64,000 nt of DNA. It comes from a virus. Within the stretch, counting starts at the first letter, position 1, and the number at the start of each line of letters is the position of its first letter. This document shows positions 39,035 to 49,708 of this stretch, in pieces. Below the pieces are notes generated by a model. It did no database searches. It was given only the letters and a program-made list of their open reading frames with translations, and was not told the DNA's origin. The translations under genes were made by a program, and so were the position numbers. The stretch is from the IMG/VR virus record IMGVR_UViG_3300022902_000006. One strand, 5' to 3'.

Positions 39035-40456
39035 GTGGGCGTAGCACCCACACGCCGCCAGGACGTACTATCGTGGTGATTCCTTCAGTTGACGATCCAG
39101 GTGGGGTTCACGAGGTGGGGACTAACCTCGTGAGCTTCACCCAGTCGCCGTAGTGCCCGGTACACGACCTTCGGTCGTAGTCCGGGTCAGGCATTTGTTA
39201 CTACTCCCTGCGAGCGTGTCGCTCGCCGTGCATGCTAGTACACACGAATCACCGGTCTCACTTCACTATCCCTCAGAGGGTTCTTTTAATAAGGCGTGCG
39301 CCGCGATGTTTGTGGAAGGGATGTCGCGTAGGCATGGGTGTAGTCACTTTGTCAAAGTGTCTGTACCCAGGGCGTCCACGTGACATCACTCCACGTGTAT
39401 CAGCGAAGCTACCCCGTGGGCGGTGCGCCCACCACTTACGTCGTGCGTTGAGACCTAGTTTTGAACTAACGCGCTTACTTGTCTGTCACCGGAGATTGAC
39501 CTATTCGGCTGAGGTGTTGGTGGAGTCCGGCACGAGCCGGACGCCCAACATATTCAGCGATGTCGCCCTTTTCGTTTATATGGGTGTAGCACCCACCACG
39601 TATCAACAACCACTAAGCGCGAGTTGCTAGAGCTAGAGAATGTGGCGAATCACTTCGTCGCGCCCTCTGCTTCGTGGGGTGTGACATCGGCGCGCGGCAC
39701 CTTGCGCGACAATGTCGCATATCGTGAACCGGAGTTCAGTACCGTATGTGGGCGTTGCACCCACGCCACGTCCTGTGAACCAACTACACGCTTTCGTATG
39801 TACCTTATTCGCTTATTGGTGAGGAGGGAGCCCTCCTCGTCGTTAAAGGTGCAAATACACACCCGCCGAACAACCCTCGCATGTATTTGTACCGTAACGC
39901 GGGGGAGGTGCGTACGCCCGAACAACTCACCGAGGTTTCTACCACTCTACGGTGTCGTTTCAACACCTGTGAATTCGTTGACCGAATAAGGAAACGCTCA
40001 CTAACAATTTTGACAGGGCGGAGTCGCGTAGGCTTCGGGAGACTCAGTGTTCCGAAGTCTAGGTGGCTCCGCACAAAGATGTTCTGGGTTCGGATACGGT
40101 GGAGGAGCCTCGCTTTATCGGCGCCGCCTTAGCAAGCTGATTGAGGCGACGATATCCGAAGCTCCACCGCGTATCGTGTACCTGGCGACGTTTCGTCACC
40201 ACCACGTCTGTGACGTGTACTGAGCGTTCAGGTTGTTGCTTTGGATTAGGACCCCAGTGGAGAGCGAATCGCAAGTTCGGATCACGTGATGACAGTGCTT
40301 TTGAGCACAGACTCAAAGGGATCCGTGCGCAGCGAGTCGCGATATCTTGATGAATGATCTAACTGCACGTCCAAGACGTAGTCGTCGGACTGCACCAGAG
40401 GGAAGTTAGATCAGACGGCAAGATCTCCTGAGCAATCACGTGGGCGTAGCACCCAC
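39035..40456. repeat. five copies of 17-bp quasi-palindrome GTGGGYG-N3-CRCCCAC in a 2.5-kb non-coding block
   Basis: Copies at 39035, 39416, 39580, 39748, 40440. Confidence 0.8.
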
Positions 40457-41063
40457 ACGCGCGCAGCGTACCAACAACCAGTTTACGGCGTAAATCGTAC
40501 CTTATCCTCACTAGGGGCTGTCATCGACCAAGATGACCTATTGCTGAGTGTGGGACGCGCTAGGCGAAGCCTGAGCGGCGTACCGCATGTAGCGTGTGCT
40601 GCTTACTACTTGTGGTGGCGGTGCGCCACCTATGTAACCGACGTCGGTTAACGACTGAGGACAAAACACTCGCTTGAGTCTCTAAAAGGTGTTGTTCAAG
40701 CACGGCAATTGAAGGGGTCAAAACACGCTTTGCACCGCCGCAGCGGGGCAGTGTTTTGGGAACTACAACTGTCGGGGATGGATATAACACCTCTAACAGT
40801 AATGGTGGTGTTGCACCACCGCCTGACCTGATCAGGTTTACCGAGTGTGTACTGTGAAGCGCTGACTTCATTTTACGATAGAAACAGATAGTGGGATGTC
40901 ACACGACATCCGCTTTGGTGTGGCGGTCATCTCCGGGTGTCCCCGGGGACTGGCCTACCGCTACGGCGGAGACACTACTGTGTGGACTGCTCTTATCCCG
41001 CGCATCCTTCCGCTGACGTTACGTCAGCTCCCTGGGAACCTGGCCAGGCTTTCTCAGCGCTAC

Positions 41064-41792
41064 TTACTTCTTGTTGAACATCGCCACCATATCGGCGTAC
41101 GAGGAGGGCTTGAACTGCTTGAGGATATCGAAGGAATTGTCTTGTAGGATGGAGAGTCCCATGAGTGTGACCGTGGGAAGTGTTCCAGGAGCCATCACGC
41201 CACCTTGCCCCGCCGCACGCATAAATGCGACCGACGACTTGAGCACATGAGCCTCTGCCTCAGTGGTGTCTGGAGTAGCCACGGTGTGCCCTGAATCCTT
41301 GGCGCAGTCCTCGGCGGGGGAGATGACGCAGTGGAAGCGACACATCGCCGGGCGGTACTTGTAGATGGTGCAGTCGTGTGTCTTCTCATCCACGAACCCA
41401 CACATATTGTTGCTATCGAACCAATCTACTGCAGATACCTTATCCTGGAACTTGGCCTGGAATTCCAGCACGGACAGGAGCGACATCAACTTCTCTTTTG
41501 GGTAAAGTTTGAGGAGGTAGCGAGCGATAACCAACCCTTCGGCGACCGTGGCAAGGACCTGCTGCTTACAACATGCAGTGCACCCACGCGTGCAGGAGAC
41601 GGTTTCACCCTGTGCCTCCTCGAATGCTTGTATCTTGCGCAGAAAGCGCTGATGCACGAGGTCCAACATATCCTCGAACACGTCAAGAAGTAGGTTCAGC
41701 TCTCCACAAGGTGCGTAGTGCCCGCGCTTGGTCAGTCTTCTGCTCTTGTAGCCCTTCGGCTTCTTCCTCGGCTTCTTTGTCTTCTTGGGCAC
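41064..41792 (-). CDS. YkgJ/FliB-type Cys-cluster protein
   Basis: CTRGCTACC...CGF...CTIY.YRPAMCR; GGAGG RBS before GTG 41792. Confidence 0.85.
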   Translation of the reverse strand: MPKKTKKPRKKPKGYKSRRLTKRGHYAPCGELNLLLDVFEDMLDLVHQRFLRKIQAFEEAQGETVSCTRGCTACCKQQVLATVAEGLVIARYLLKLYPKEKLMSLLSVLEFQAKFQDKVSAVDWFDSNNMCGFVDEKTHDCTIYKYRPAMCRFHCVISPAEDCAKDSGHTVATPDTTEAEAHVLKSSVAFMRAAGQGGVMAPGTLPTVTLMGLSILQDNSFDILKQFKPSSYADMVAMFNKK

Positions 41793-42477
41793 GCCACTCC
41801 TCCCTGAGTTTGTCGTATTCCTTTCGCATGCTGTGAAACCGTCGACCTCCATCAGGTCTCTGGTTGTCTTTAGGGTCCGACAATATACGCCAACCCGCGT
41901 CGTCCTCCGTTCCACGCCCACAGAACCACGCCTGGCACGTAATGGGCCTCGTAGCGTAGATGGAGCAGCGGCAACCCTTGAGGAAGGGACAATCCCCGTC
42001 ATCGAAGTGCTTGAGGTACGTGTATGTGTTGGGGCGAAACACCCCAAAGCCCGACGCAAGGTTAGGCGTCTCCTTCTCCCCGGGCTCTGGTGCCATGGAA
42101 GCGTTGCGTATGAGCCCCCGGAAACGCCACAACCTGTCCCGAGGATACACGCACACCTCGAACACACGGCAGCAGCGAGCGTCGCACGTCGCACACACCT
42201 CGTGGGATGTCTTGTTGTCGTGGGAGAATGCACTGTGGGGCCAGCGGTCATCAGGGCCAATCTCGTGGTCGTCGAAGTCGGACTCCACGATTGTTTTTAG
42301 CCTCTCCACAAGCTCTGGCTCTTCAGCCTCCACCTCTTGGACGGCCTTAATGCACTCTTGCAGCTCCACCATCTCGTCTGGGGTGATGACGCCACGAGGG
42401 GTGATGGTGTCCTCTTCGCTAAGTGCTTGTTGCTCCCCCTTGAATGTTTTGAGAGACATGAAGACACCGTCAGCCAT
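41683..42477 (-). CDS. YkgJ/FliB-type Cys-cluster protein
   Basis: CATCDARCC...CPFL...CSIY..RP.TC..WFC. Confidence 0.85.
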   Translation of the reverse strand: MADGVFMSLKTFKGEQQALSEEDTITPRGVITPDEMVELQECIKAVQEVEAEEPELVERLKTIVESDFDDHEIGPDDRWPHSAFSHDNKTSHEVCATCDARCCRVFEVCVYPRDRLWRFRGLIRNASMAPEPGEKETPNLASGFGVFRPNTYTYLKHFDDGDCPFLKGCRCSIYATRPITCQAWFCGRGTEDDAGWRILSDPKDNQRPDGGRRFHSMRKEYDKLREEWRAQEDKEAEEEAEGLQEQKTDQARALRTLWRAEPTS

Positions 42478-43081
42478 CGAGCATCTCCAGCACGCTCTCC
42501 GCCAGAAGCGCAGCACCCTTGACTCGTAGGGGGTCTCGGTTGTCCTGCGCCAACGTGGAAACCTCTTCAGCCAGCTTGCGCAGCAGCTCGTGTTCCATGG
42601 TTAGGCGTGTGGCCCACACCAACGTGTCGTAGTGTGCATCGAAGAGCCGAATAGCGTCTGCCTGGGTCTCCGGCTCCTCCCCCTTGCACAAATCGCCGAA
42701 GAACTCCTCCGCGTAGAACCTAAGTGCCTTCTTGGTAGCGTCGAGAGCACCCTGCACACCTTTGGACCACTTCACAGGGCATTGAGGAGAACCCACAGGT
42801 CCCTTTTGCCCCTCTGAAGCAGGAGTATGGTAGTACATCGCCTTCACGGAGCCCTCGTACAACCCAGGCCAACACGCTGGGCACGGTTTTCCGTAAAGGA
42901 AGCGGTTGTGCTTGGCGCAGCACGCATCGGCGGGGGTATTGAAGCGGTGACTCTTCAACAGGTCCACGTCGAGCTGAAAGCCAGGCAGGTGCACGCCACA
43001 TATAATACACATGACCTCCGTGGGGCTTCGGAACGCCGCGCTGCCAATGGGGTGGCCGCAGGGGAGTAATACATTACTCAT
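42470..43081 (-). CDS. zinc-finger hypothetical protein
   Basis: PCGH, CIIC, C.KH, CPAC. Confidence 0.6.
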   Translation of the reverse strand: MSNVLLPCGHPIGSAAFRSPTEVMCIICGVHLPGFQLDVDLLKSHRFNTPADACCAKHNRFLYGKPCPACWPGLYEGSVKAMYYHTPASEGQKGPVGSPQCPVKWSKGVQGALDATKKALRFYAEEFFGDLCKGEEPETQADAIRLFDAHYDTLVWATRLTMEHELLRKLAEEVSTLAQDNRDPLRVKGAALLAESVLEMLDG

Positions 43082-43460
43082 GGCGAGCCACCTCCAACGC
43101 TTCCTGCTGCTGCATGTACGCCGCCACACCCTTCAAAGTACCAAACACCGGGATACCACACATAGTTGCCCGCGCACTCTCCGCCCGTGCACCCGCCGAC
43201 GCCTCCCAGTTGGGGAGTAGCACCATGATGTCGCACCGCTCCAGCAGCTCCACAGTCCCGGCCAACCAAAACTCCTCTGTCAACTGCCCGAAAAAGAGAT
43301 GGGTGTTGGCATGGGGAATGAGGGGCATCACCCCCAGCTTCGCTACCTCCAGGGCAAGCTCCTCCGCTCGCCGCACATTCTGTGCGATGTCCCAGGTCGT
43401 TTCACCAGTGAACGGGCCTGCGATGTAAGCGATCTTCAACCGCCTCTTCGTCTTTGCCAC
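43074..43460 (-). CDS. nucleoside deoxyribosyltransferase-like (DUF4406/DUF1937-like) protein
   Basis: AYIAGPFTG, PLIPH, CD..VLLP.WE.S.GA..E. Confidence 0.75.
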   Translation of the reverse strand: MAKTKRRLKIAYIAGPFTGETTWDIAQNVRRAEELALEVAKLGVMPLIPHANTHLFFGQLTEEFWLAGTVELLERCDIMVLLPNWEASAGARAESARATMCGIPVFGTLKGVAAYMQQQEALEVARHE

Positions 43461-44948
43461 TCTGCTCCCTCCGTTGGGTAAATATTTCGTCGCTGCAGCG
43501 TACATGCACAGCGCACCTTCTAGTACCACTACGTAGTACGTATTTGTGAGTGGTACACCGTACTACGGAGCGCCGTCCTTGTCCGACTCCCGGTGCGGAG
43601 CGTCGAGCACGTCATCCACGGCGACGAGCCCACGCTGCAGTGCACGCCACCCGCCGACCACGAACTTGAAGCCCAGCACGATGGTGAGGAGCGCAGCCAC
43701 AATCAGCGCGTACACCCCCCAGAAGAACACCACACCACCTCTCGTGGCTTGTGGTTCAGAATCCTGCACCATCAATCACCTCCAGAATTCACGACCTGGG
43801 CACCCAGCGCAGCGCTGACAGCCTGTGGATGCCCCACGGGTGGTCTGGCCAGGGAGGGGGTAAACCAGACGCGTAGGTCGCCGCTCGCCGGGACGGCGTC
43901 GATGAGGCCCCGGTGAAAAGATACGGCGAGCAGTGAATCAAACATCTACACCAGCGATATCATTATATAATCCCATCTATTTTGAAGACTCGGAGCACAC
44001 TCTACTCATAAAATCATACACTTAGCGGTATAAGTGTGAGAGTGGCCTGGCCCCTCCTGACCGCCCCATGACCCAATACAAGGAGTGGATAGGAGGGATA
44101 AGTGCAGTCAACTCTTGATGTTTCTGGCTCTTGTTCTAGCCCGGCGAGCGACCTCTTCCCCTCTTCCATCCTTCCGGAATCACTACATATACCTAGCTAC
44201 TGTGCACTGCTCGGCGAGCGTCAATCAACTAGCATACTATAATATACTATACATGTAGAAGAGTTAAGTAGTAGTAGTAGGGAGACTGATGGGTTGAGGA
44301 CAGCGATGTGATTATGTTGTAGTTACGTGGAGTTATCGAATCCTGTTCCAATATATTGATAAATGACGGGCACCCCCTACTTACATAATGGGGCACCGGG
44401 CAACGGTTCTATAAAGCTACGCTGCACCAATCAATACGTGCGGTTTTCGCCTGGACTATTGTGATTCTGCCGGGTTACACCCTACCTCTCCTCGTGCATT
44501 AAGGGAGTTCCCGCCGCCAGCGCCTTTTTACACCTACACGCACACACATGCTCTCCTGGTCACTGTGACAAATACGCCCACCGACTGTGACTAACACGCA
44601 CACATGCTGTGCCGAGACGCGCGGTGTAGTATGATTCCACACCCCACCTCACATGCACATACTCCTCCAGCTCGCTGCCCAGGTCTCAGCCCCCTCTCAA
44701 CCATTCCGCTGCCCGGTTTGTTTACTATGTAGTAGTGGGTCGCCGTCATTTATCGTTGCGTACAAAGAGGAGCATCACACTGCTGAGAATCATGGGCTTT
44801 TCTCACCCCTGTCCTCAACCCGACACTTTTGCCTTGACCCACCCCCTAACACTGTGTTTGTTATGTTTTATCGGATGTGACGGACCACACGACAAAAACC
44901 ACGCAGGCTCAGTTTACGAGAGTCTGCTGAAATGACAAGGAGTTAGAG

Positions 44949-47189
44949 ATGCGCGACCGTTGGTACGGTGTCACCCTCCCCGACGAGGATTACGTAAAGA
45001 TTACAAAGCTCAAGAAGTTATTGCGCTACGTAAAGAACAGCAAGAACACGCCGCTCACTGGGCGCTTCTACAACGACACAATGGGCATGATTTACTGGCC
45101 ACACGTCTTCGCAAACAAGCGATTTCTTGACTACTTCGCGGATATTGTGCTCCCCCGCAACCAGATGGAGGCCGAGGCACACAAGCTGTGTCCTGTGCAC
45201 CACGTCCGCAAGCACAACGACTTCATCACCTGGCTGCAGCAGCGCACGCGTATGTTCACAGAGCACCTGCTGGGCTCCCTGCTCGTCCCAGCGGCCACGC
45301 CCCCTGGCGTGGTATGCATGGAGTACGCGGCGGCTCACGGCGAGCCCAGCGAGCCCATGCACAATCGGGCCAACTACACCACGTTCCGGCGGCTCACCAT
45401 CACCGACAAGGCACTGGCACGTGTACTGCAGACTCCCGACACGCGGTACGAGCTGGCAGTGCATGAGTTACCAGACCCACTGCGCCTGATACACCACGCC
45501 TGGAAGGCGCTGACGCAGCGGGCCACCAACGCCTACGACCCCACGCAGGTGGGCATCGAGTACACCCACACCGGCTGCATGTTCATCAACTGGGATATCT
45601 TCCGCGTCTCCTCCCGCTGGCCCAAGGAGGTTGGCTGCTCGGCAGCGAGCGCCATGTTGGATATCGAAAAACTGTCCAGCTCCCACACCCTGCGCAATGG
45701 TATGGCCACCCGGGACCTGGACCCCACGGTGGACCGCATCGGGCGCTTCCGCACCCGGGTGTACAAGAGCGATTATGTGCGCCAGGCCATGTCCACCGAC
45801 CTGTTCGTGGCCCCCACCGCAGACGACAGCGACTACATCCCCTCCGCCACCGTCATCGACCCACTGTACCTGGTAAAGCGCCAGCATTTGTTCGATGGAA
45901 CCTGGCACTACCAGCAGCGCAGTAAGCAGCTCAACGCCAAGCGGCGTAGCCGGGTGTCCCGGGACTCACCGGAGGCTGAGGCCACCGCCACTACCAAGGT
46001 CTACTCCTTCATGTTCAAGCCGGTGGATCACCTCAAGGACATCATCACAGAGCACCAGCTCGCGCTGTGGTTTGACCCCAACCACGAGGAGCGTGTGTAC
46101 GGTATCCGACGCAAGAAGGCGATGCTCTTCACCCGCCCAGAGCTGCTCGGCCAGGCAAGGCAGGACTGCCCCGCAGAGGTGGAGGTGTGGCTGCGCGCCG
46201 TGGACTCCCTCAAGCTGGTGGAGTCGTACCGTGATGACGGTGCCGTGGGCAACATCCAGGAGCAGCTCCGCTCTGAGTTCTACAAGCAAGCTCGCCAAGA
46301 GCATCTCAACGAGATTGGTCCCCAGGTTCTGGAGCACTTCGTGAGCTACGAGCTGCTGTCCAAGGACGAACAGTACCAGGTGCGTGAAGCAGCGAAGCGC
46401 CTGCATCGGGACCGGAGCGGAGACGAAGGTGCTGTCCCTGGCCGGTGGTGGCTGGACAAGACCGCGCAGCTCGCCCGTGAGTTCGTCAAGGCAGATACCA
46501 TCCGGCGCATTGTCAATGTGACGCTGCCCGGCGAGCGGAGTGTTAGCACCCAACACTTCTACACCCCCGAGGCAATCAAGCTGTTTCAAACCTTCACCCA
46601 GGGAGCCATGGGTTCCCCTTCTGGGGACGTCGCACCCGACAGCCATATGGAGCGGGCGACCATGAACCAGCTTGCCCCGACGCCGTATCTGCTGGCGTGG
46701 ACCCGCTTCTGCCTGGGTATGCAGGGCAAGGCCAACTCCTTCGCCATCAAGGAGGAGCACCAGCGTTGGACACCCGCAGAAGACATCGTCCTCGCACAGC
46801 ACATCCACATCAACCAACCGAGGATGTCCCGCACCCAGTGGGGCAAGCTGCTCGCGGCTCTGCCAGCACGCAATGAGTCTGCGTGCCGGTACCGCGCTCG
46901 TACGGTGAATCTGTTGCTCGCCAAGGGGCTGACCGCTGCTCAGCGAGCGAAGTATCGTATGGGCAATGTGGAGCTGAAGACGGACCAGGCGATGGCGCGC
47001 AAGACCATTTTCATCTACGGGTACCTGATGTACTACCAGCGGTCGGGCCGCAAGCTGTTGCGTACCTTGCCCGGTGTGCGCAATATCCTTAAATTGACAG
47101 GACCTCAGTTGGAGCGCTTGCCGCTGCCCACATCCTACGCCGGTGACTTCTTCTCCACGTTCGGTGAGGCGTCACCATCGTTCTCTTGA
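44949..47189 (+). CDS. 746-aa protein with C-terminal Myb/SANT-like helix-turn-helix
   Basis: RWTPAEDIVL...W..L...LPARNESACRYR. Confidence 0.75.
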   Translation: MRDRWYGVTLPDEDYVKITKLKKLLRYVKNSKNTPLTGRFYNDTMGMIYWPHVFANKRFLDYFADIVLPRNQMEAEAHKLCPVHHVRKHNDFITWLQQRTRMFTEHLLGSLLVPAATPPGVVCMEYAAAHGEPSEPMHNRANYTTFRRLTITDKALARVLQTPDTRYELAVHELPDPLRLIHHAWKALTQRATNAYDPTQVGIEYTHTGCMFINWDIFRVSSRWPKEVGCSAASAMLDIEKLSSSHTLRNGMATRDLDPTVDRIGRFRTRVYKSDYVRQAMSTDLFVAPTADDSDYIPSATVIDPLYLVKRQHLFDGTWHYQQRSKQLNAKRRSRVSRDSPEAEATATTKVYSFMFKPVDHLKDIITEHQLALWFDPNHEERVYGIRRKKAMLFTRPELLGQARQDCPAEVEVWLRAVDSLKLVESYRDDGAVGNIQEQLRSEFYKQARQEHLNEIGPQVLEHFVSYELLSKDEQYQVREAAKRLHRDRSGDEGAVPGRWWLDKTAQLAREFVKADTIRRIVNVTLPGERSVSTQHFYTPEAIKLFQTFTQGAMGSPSGDVAPDSHMERATMNQLAPTPYLLAWTRFCLGMQGKANSFAIKEEHQRWTPAEDIVLAQHIHINQPRMSRTQWGKLLAALPARNESACRYRARTVNLLLAKGLTAAQRAKYRMGNVELKTDQAMARKTIFIYGYLMYYQRSGRKLLRTLPGVRNILKLTGPQLERLPLPTSYAGDFFSTFGEASPSFS

Positions 47190-48163
47190 TGCGTCTTCAC
47201 ACGCAGGTCAAGCATCAGCGCGGAGGCGACGTAGCGGTCCCACGTGCACATCTTCTTGTCGTGCATGTACAGCCGTTTGTGGTGTGCCCGTTCCTCTATG
47301 GAGTAAGCGCCGAAGGGCTGCTTCTCCCCCCGCTTGTCTTTCGAACGTACGTTATGTGGGTTGGTGGTGATGTTGGTGCCCCACCGAGACCAGAAGCCGT
47401 ACCCGTTCGATGTGTCGTGGAGGATGGGAACCCGTGAAGTATTGATGTTGAGTTCCTCCCCCACGATGCGTACGAGCGGGATGGTGAGGCAGTCCGTTTT
47501 GCCGAGGAACTGCGTGGTGCCGTTCGCCAACGTTGTTTCGTACGGATTACGGTTGAAGGCCCAGCACCCAATGGCACCTTTGCGTATGTACAGCTCCTGA
47601 CCCAAGAGGGTCTCCGGGCTAGGGCGGCGGTGGTCGTAGTTCCCCACGTGCTGAGCCACGGCGTACGCCCGCGTCCACGCGCTCTCTTTCAATGGGCTAT
47701 GTATCGTTTCATCTTTGCGCATCACGTCGCACATGTACCGTACGCCACCGTATTGAAAATGGACCACCCCACACCGAGCGCAGATCCTCATGGTGAAGAA
47801 GCGGACTGCGCTCGGTGGAATCACCTTCGTCATGCACACAATTTGTAGTGGGCATTTGAAACAGTCGGTTTGTAGTGTGGGAGGTGTGGTCAGGTACGGG
47901 AAGAAGTCGCAGTGCGGGTCATGCTCCAGGTCGAAGTTCTTCAGTTCCTCCTCCAAGACGAGATCATCCAAGACGTGTATTTGTGTGACGGTGCTTGGGC
48001 CTGTGGGGGCACCTTGAACGATGACGGGCTGCGCCGACCCCATGGTGTACACGTGTTGCAAGTTCCTGGGAGGGCTTACCGTAATGGTCTGTAGGTGGCC
48101 CACGGGTTTGCCACCAATGACGATGACACCCTTCCCTTTGTTTGTAACTTTTACAGTTGACAC
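47135..48163 (-). CDS. hypothetical protein containing one copy of the Cys-rich module
   Basis: CFKCPLQIVC...ICARC. Confidence 0.65.
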   Translation of the reverse strand: MSTVKVTNKGKGVIVIGGKPVGHLQTITVSPPRNLQHVYTMGSAQPVIVQGAPTGPSTVTQIHVLDDLVLEEELKNFDLEHDPHCDFFPYLTTPPTLQTDCFKCPLQIVCMTKVIPPSAVRFFTMRICARCGVVHFQYGGVRYMCDVMRKDETIHSPLKESAWTRAYAVAQHVGNYDHRRPSPETLLGQELYIRKGAIGCWAFNRNPYETTLANGTTQFLGKTDCLTIPLVRIVGEELNINTSRVPILHDTSNGYGFWSRWGTNITTNPHNVRSKDKRGEKQPFGAYSIEERAHHKRLYMHDKKMCTWDRYVASALMLDLRVKTHQENDGDASPNVEKKSPA

Positions 48164-48337
48164 GCCACTACTTTGCCATGACCATCAGCCCTTCAATCAA
48201 ACCACCCGCCGACAGGTTCCCCGGCGGCTTCGGCCCGAGAGGCAACCCCGCCGGGAGGTTTGAGCGTCCTCGGATTTCACTGTCCCTGGGCGCTTTTTTA
48301 TATCCTTCGTTGGGTGCCCTGATTTACGGCGTAAACT

Positions 48338-48757
48338 CTATTTGGGTGGCACCTTCCGGAAGACCACCGGGAGCCAGTGCGGTTTTTTGTAGCCCTTCGC
48401 AGGAGGCTTCTGCACGATTGGAAAGTTTAACATCCCTCCATCCACCATGTAGACGAGTGTCGTCGTGGGGTGGGATTCCAAACCGGGCGCGTCGCACAGC
48501 GCACTTGTAACTTCCAGAAACTGAGCACTAACACCTGCCCAGAAAATGATGTTGGGATCTTTTTCCGAGACCCTAACGTAGTCACCGGGGACTTCAAAAC
48601 TGTCTTCGAACAAGTACATCAACTCCTGGTACGAAACGTTATCCAATGTGCGTACGTACAGCAGCGCCATCTCCTGATACTTCTCCTCTTTTTGCAGGGC
48701 GCGTAGTTCTTCGCGTATCTCCAGCGGGGCACGGTCTATACCACTAGCGCGGTTCAC
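48338..48757 (-). CDS. hypothetical phage protein
   Basis: GTGA overlap; NIIFW.G.S.EF...YM.DGG.L..P...WLPV. Confidence 0.65.
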   Translation of the reverse strand: MNRASGIDRAPLEIREELRALQKEEKYQEMALLYVRTLDNVSYQELMYLFEDSFEVPGDYVRVSEKDPNIIFWAGVSAQFLEVTSALCDAPGLESHPTTTLVYMVDGGMLNFPIVQKPPAKGYKKPHWLPVVFRKVPPK

Positions 48758-49314
48758 CTGGATGTACCGCTGTCGTAGCGGTCCTGTGACTCGATGGCGG
48801 CAATGGCGAGCGCCGCAACACGAATCATGTACTTGCGGAACCCAGCACGCCGCGCAGTTGTGCGATTGCACTCTGTGAGCTGCTTGCGGATGAAGGTAAT
48901 CCATTCATGGAATGCGTGGTTGTCGTCGTGCTCTGGACCACCCCACTGCTCATCCTGTGCAATGCGCTCAGCGAGGATGTCCTGGAACACACGGTTGCTG
49001 GCCCCGGGGACCACGAGCACATCCGGGTTCTTCACCTGGACGTCTTCATCAGCACACTGCTGCGCCACTAACCCCCCATGCACAAGCGCGGTCTTCGCCT
49101 TCAGGCTCGCGATGAGCCAGTTGAGGTACCAGACAGCCTTTTCTAGGTCCTTGACGCCGTCGACGTCCCGCCAGCGAGCGATGTACTTCAGGGCGTTGCC
49201 ATCACAGAAACCTGCGCCCCATGCCATGATGACCTTGATTGCTTCGTACGTGGTGTCACCACCGTAGTGGTTAGGGTGGTTGATCTGCTCTTCACCTTTG
49301 TTGTCGCCGCTCAT
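48754..49314 (-). CDS. DUF3310-domain protein fused to MazG-like helical domain
   Basis: INHP.HY...GNALKY..R....DLEKA.WYL; then I.AER..QD..WG...IRVAALAIAAIE. Confidence 0.75.
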   Translation of the reverse strand: MSGDNKGEEQINHPNHYGGDTTYEAIKVIMAWGAGFCDGNALKYIARWRDVDGVKDLEKAVWYLNWLIASLKAKTALVHGGLVAQQCADEDVQVKNPDVLVVPGASNRVFQDILAERIAQDEQWGGPEHDDNHAFHEWITFIRKQLTECNRTTARRAGFRKYMIRVAALAIAAIESQDRYDSGTSR

Positions 49315-49708
49315 ACTGCCTTTGGCCTCCTTATGCGTTTTTGTAATATGAGTTCGTCGTACTGTGGTTGGGCTGGTGGATCAGTGGGTAGCACCCACCT
49401 TTCGGGCTGGAAGAACCCGGCGCTCGCGCTCCTATTGTCTGGTAAATCAGCCACTACACGTCGGCCAGTATGGTGTGGGAACATACTTCTACCATCTGCA
49501 TCAAAAACATGTCCCCGCGCCTTGGGTCTACAGTGATTACCCTCGAAGTCTCTCCCACCGTATAGAAACCAGTCACCTGGATTCAAGTCCCCAATTTGGA
49601 CTGGGGTACCGTAGTGTTTTAGATGGCAGCGGGTACATATTCCGTAATAAGAGTCAGCGCCCCCACCACACTCACAGCACGGAACGACTACTGAGCCCTC
49701 CATAACCA

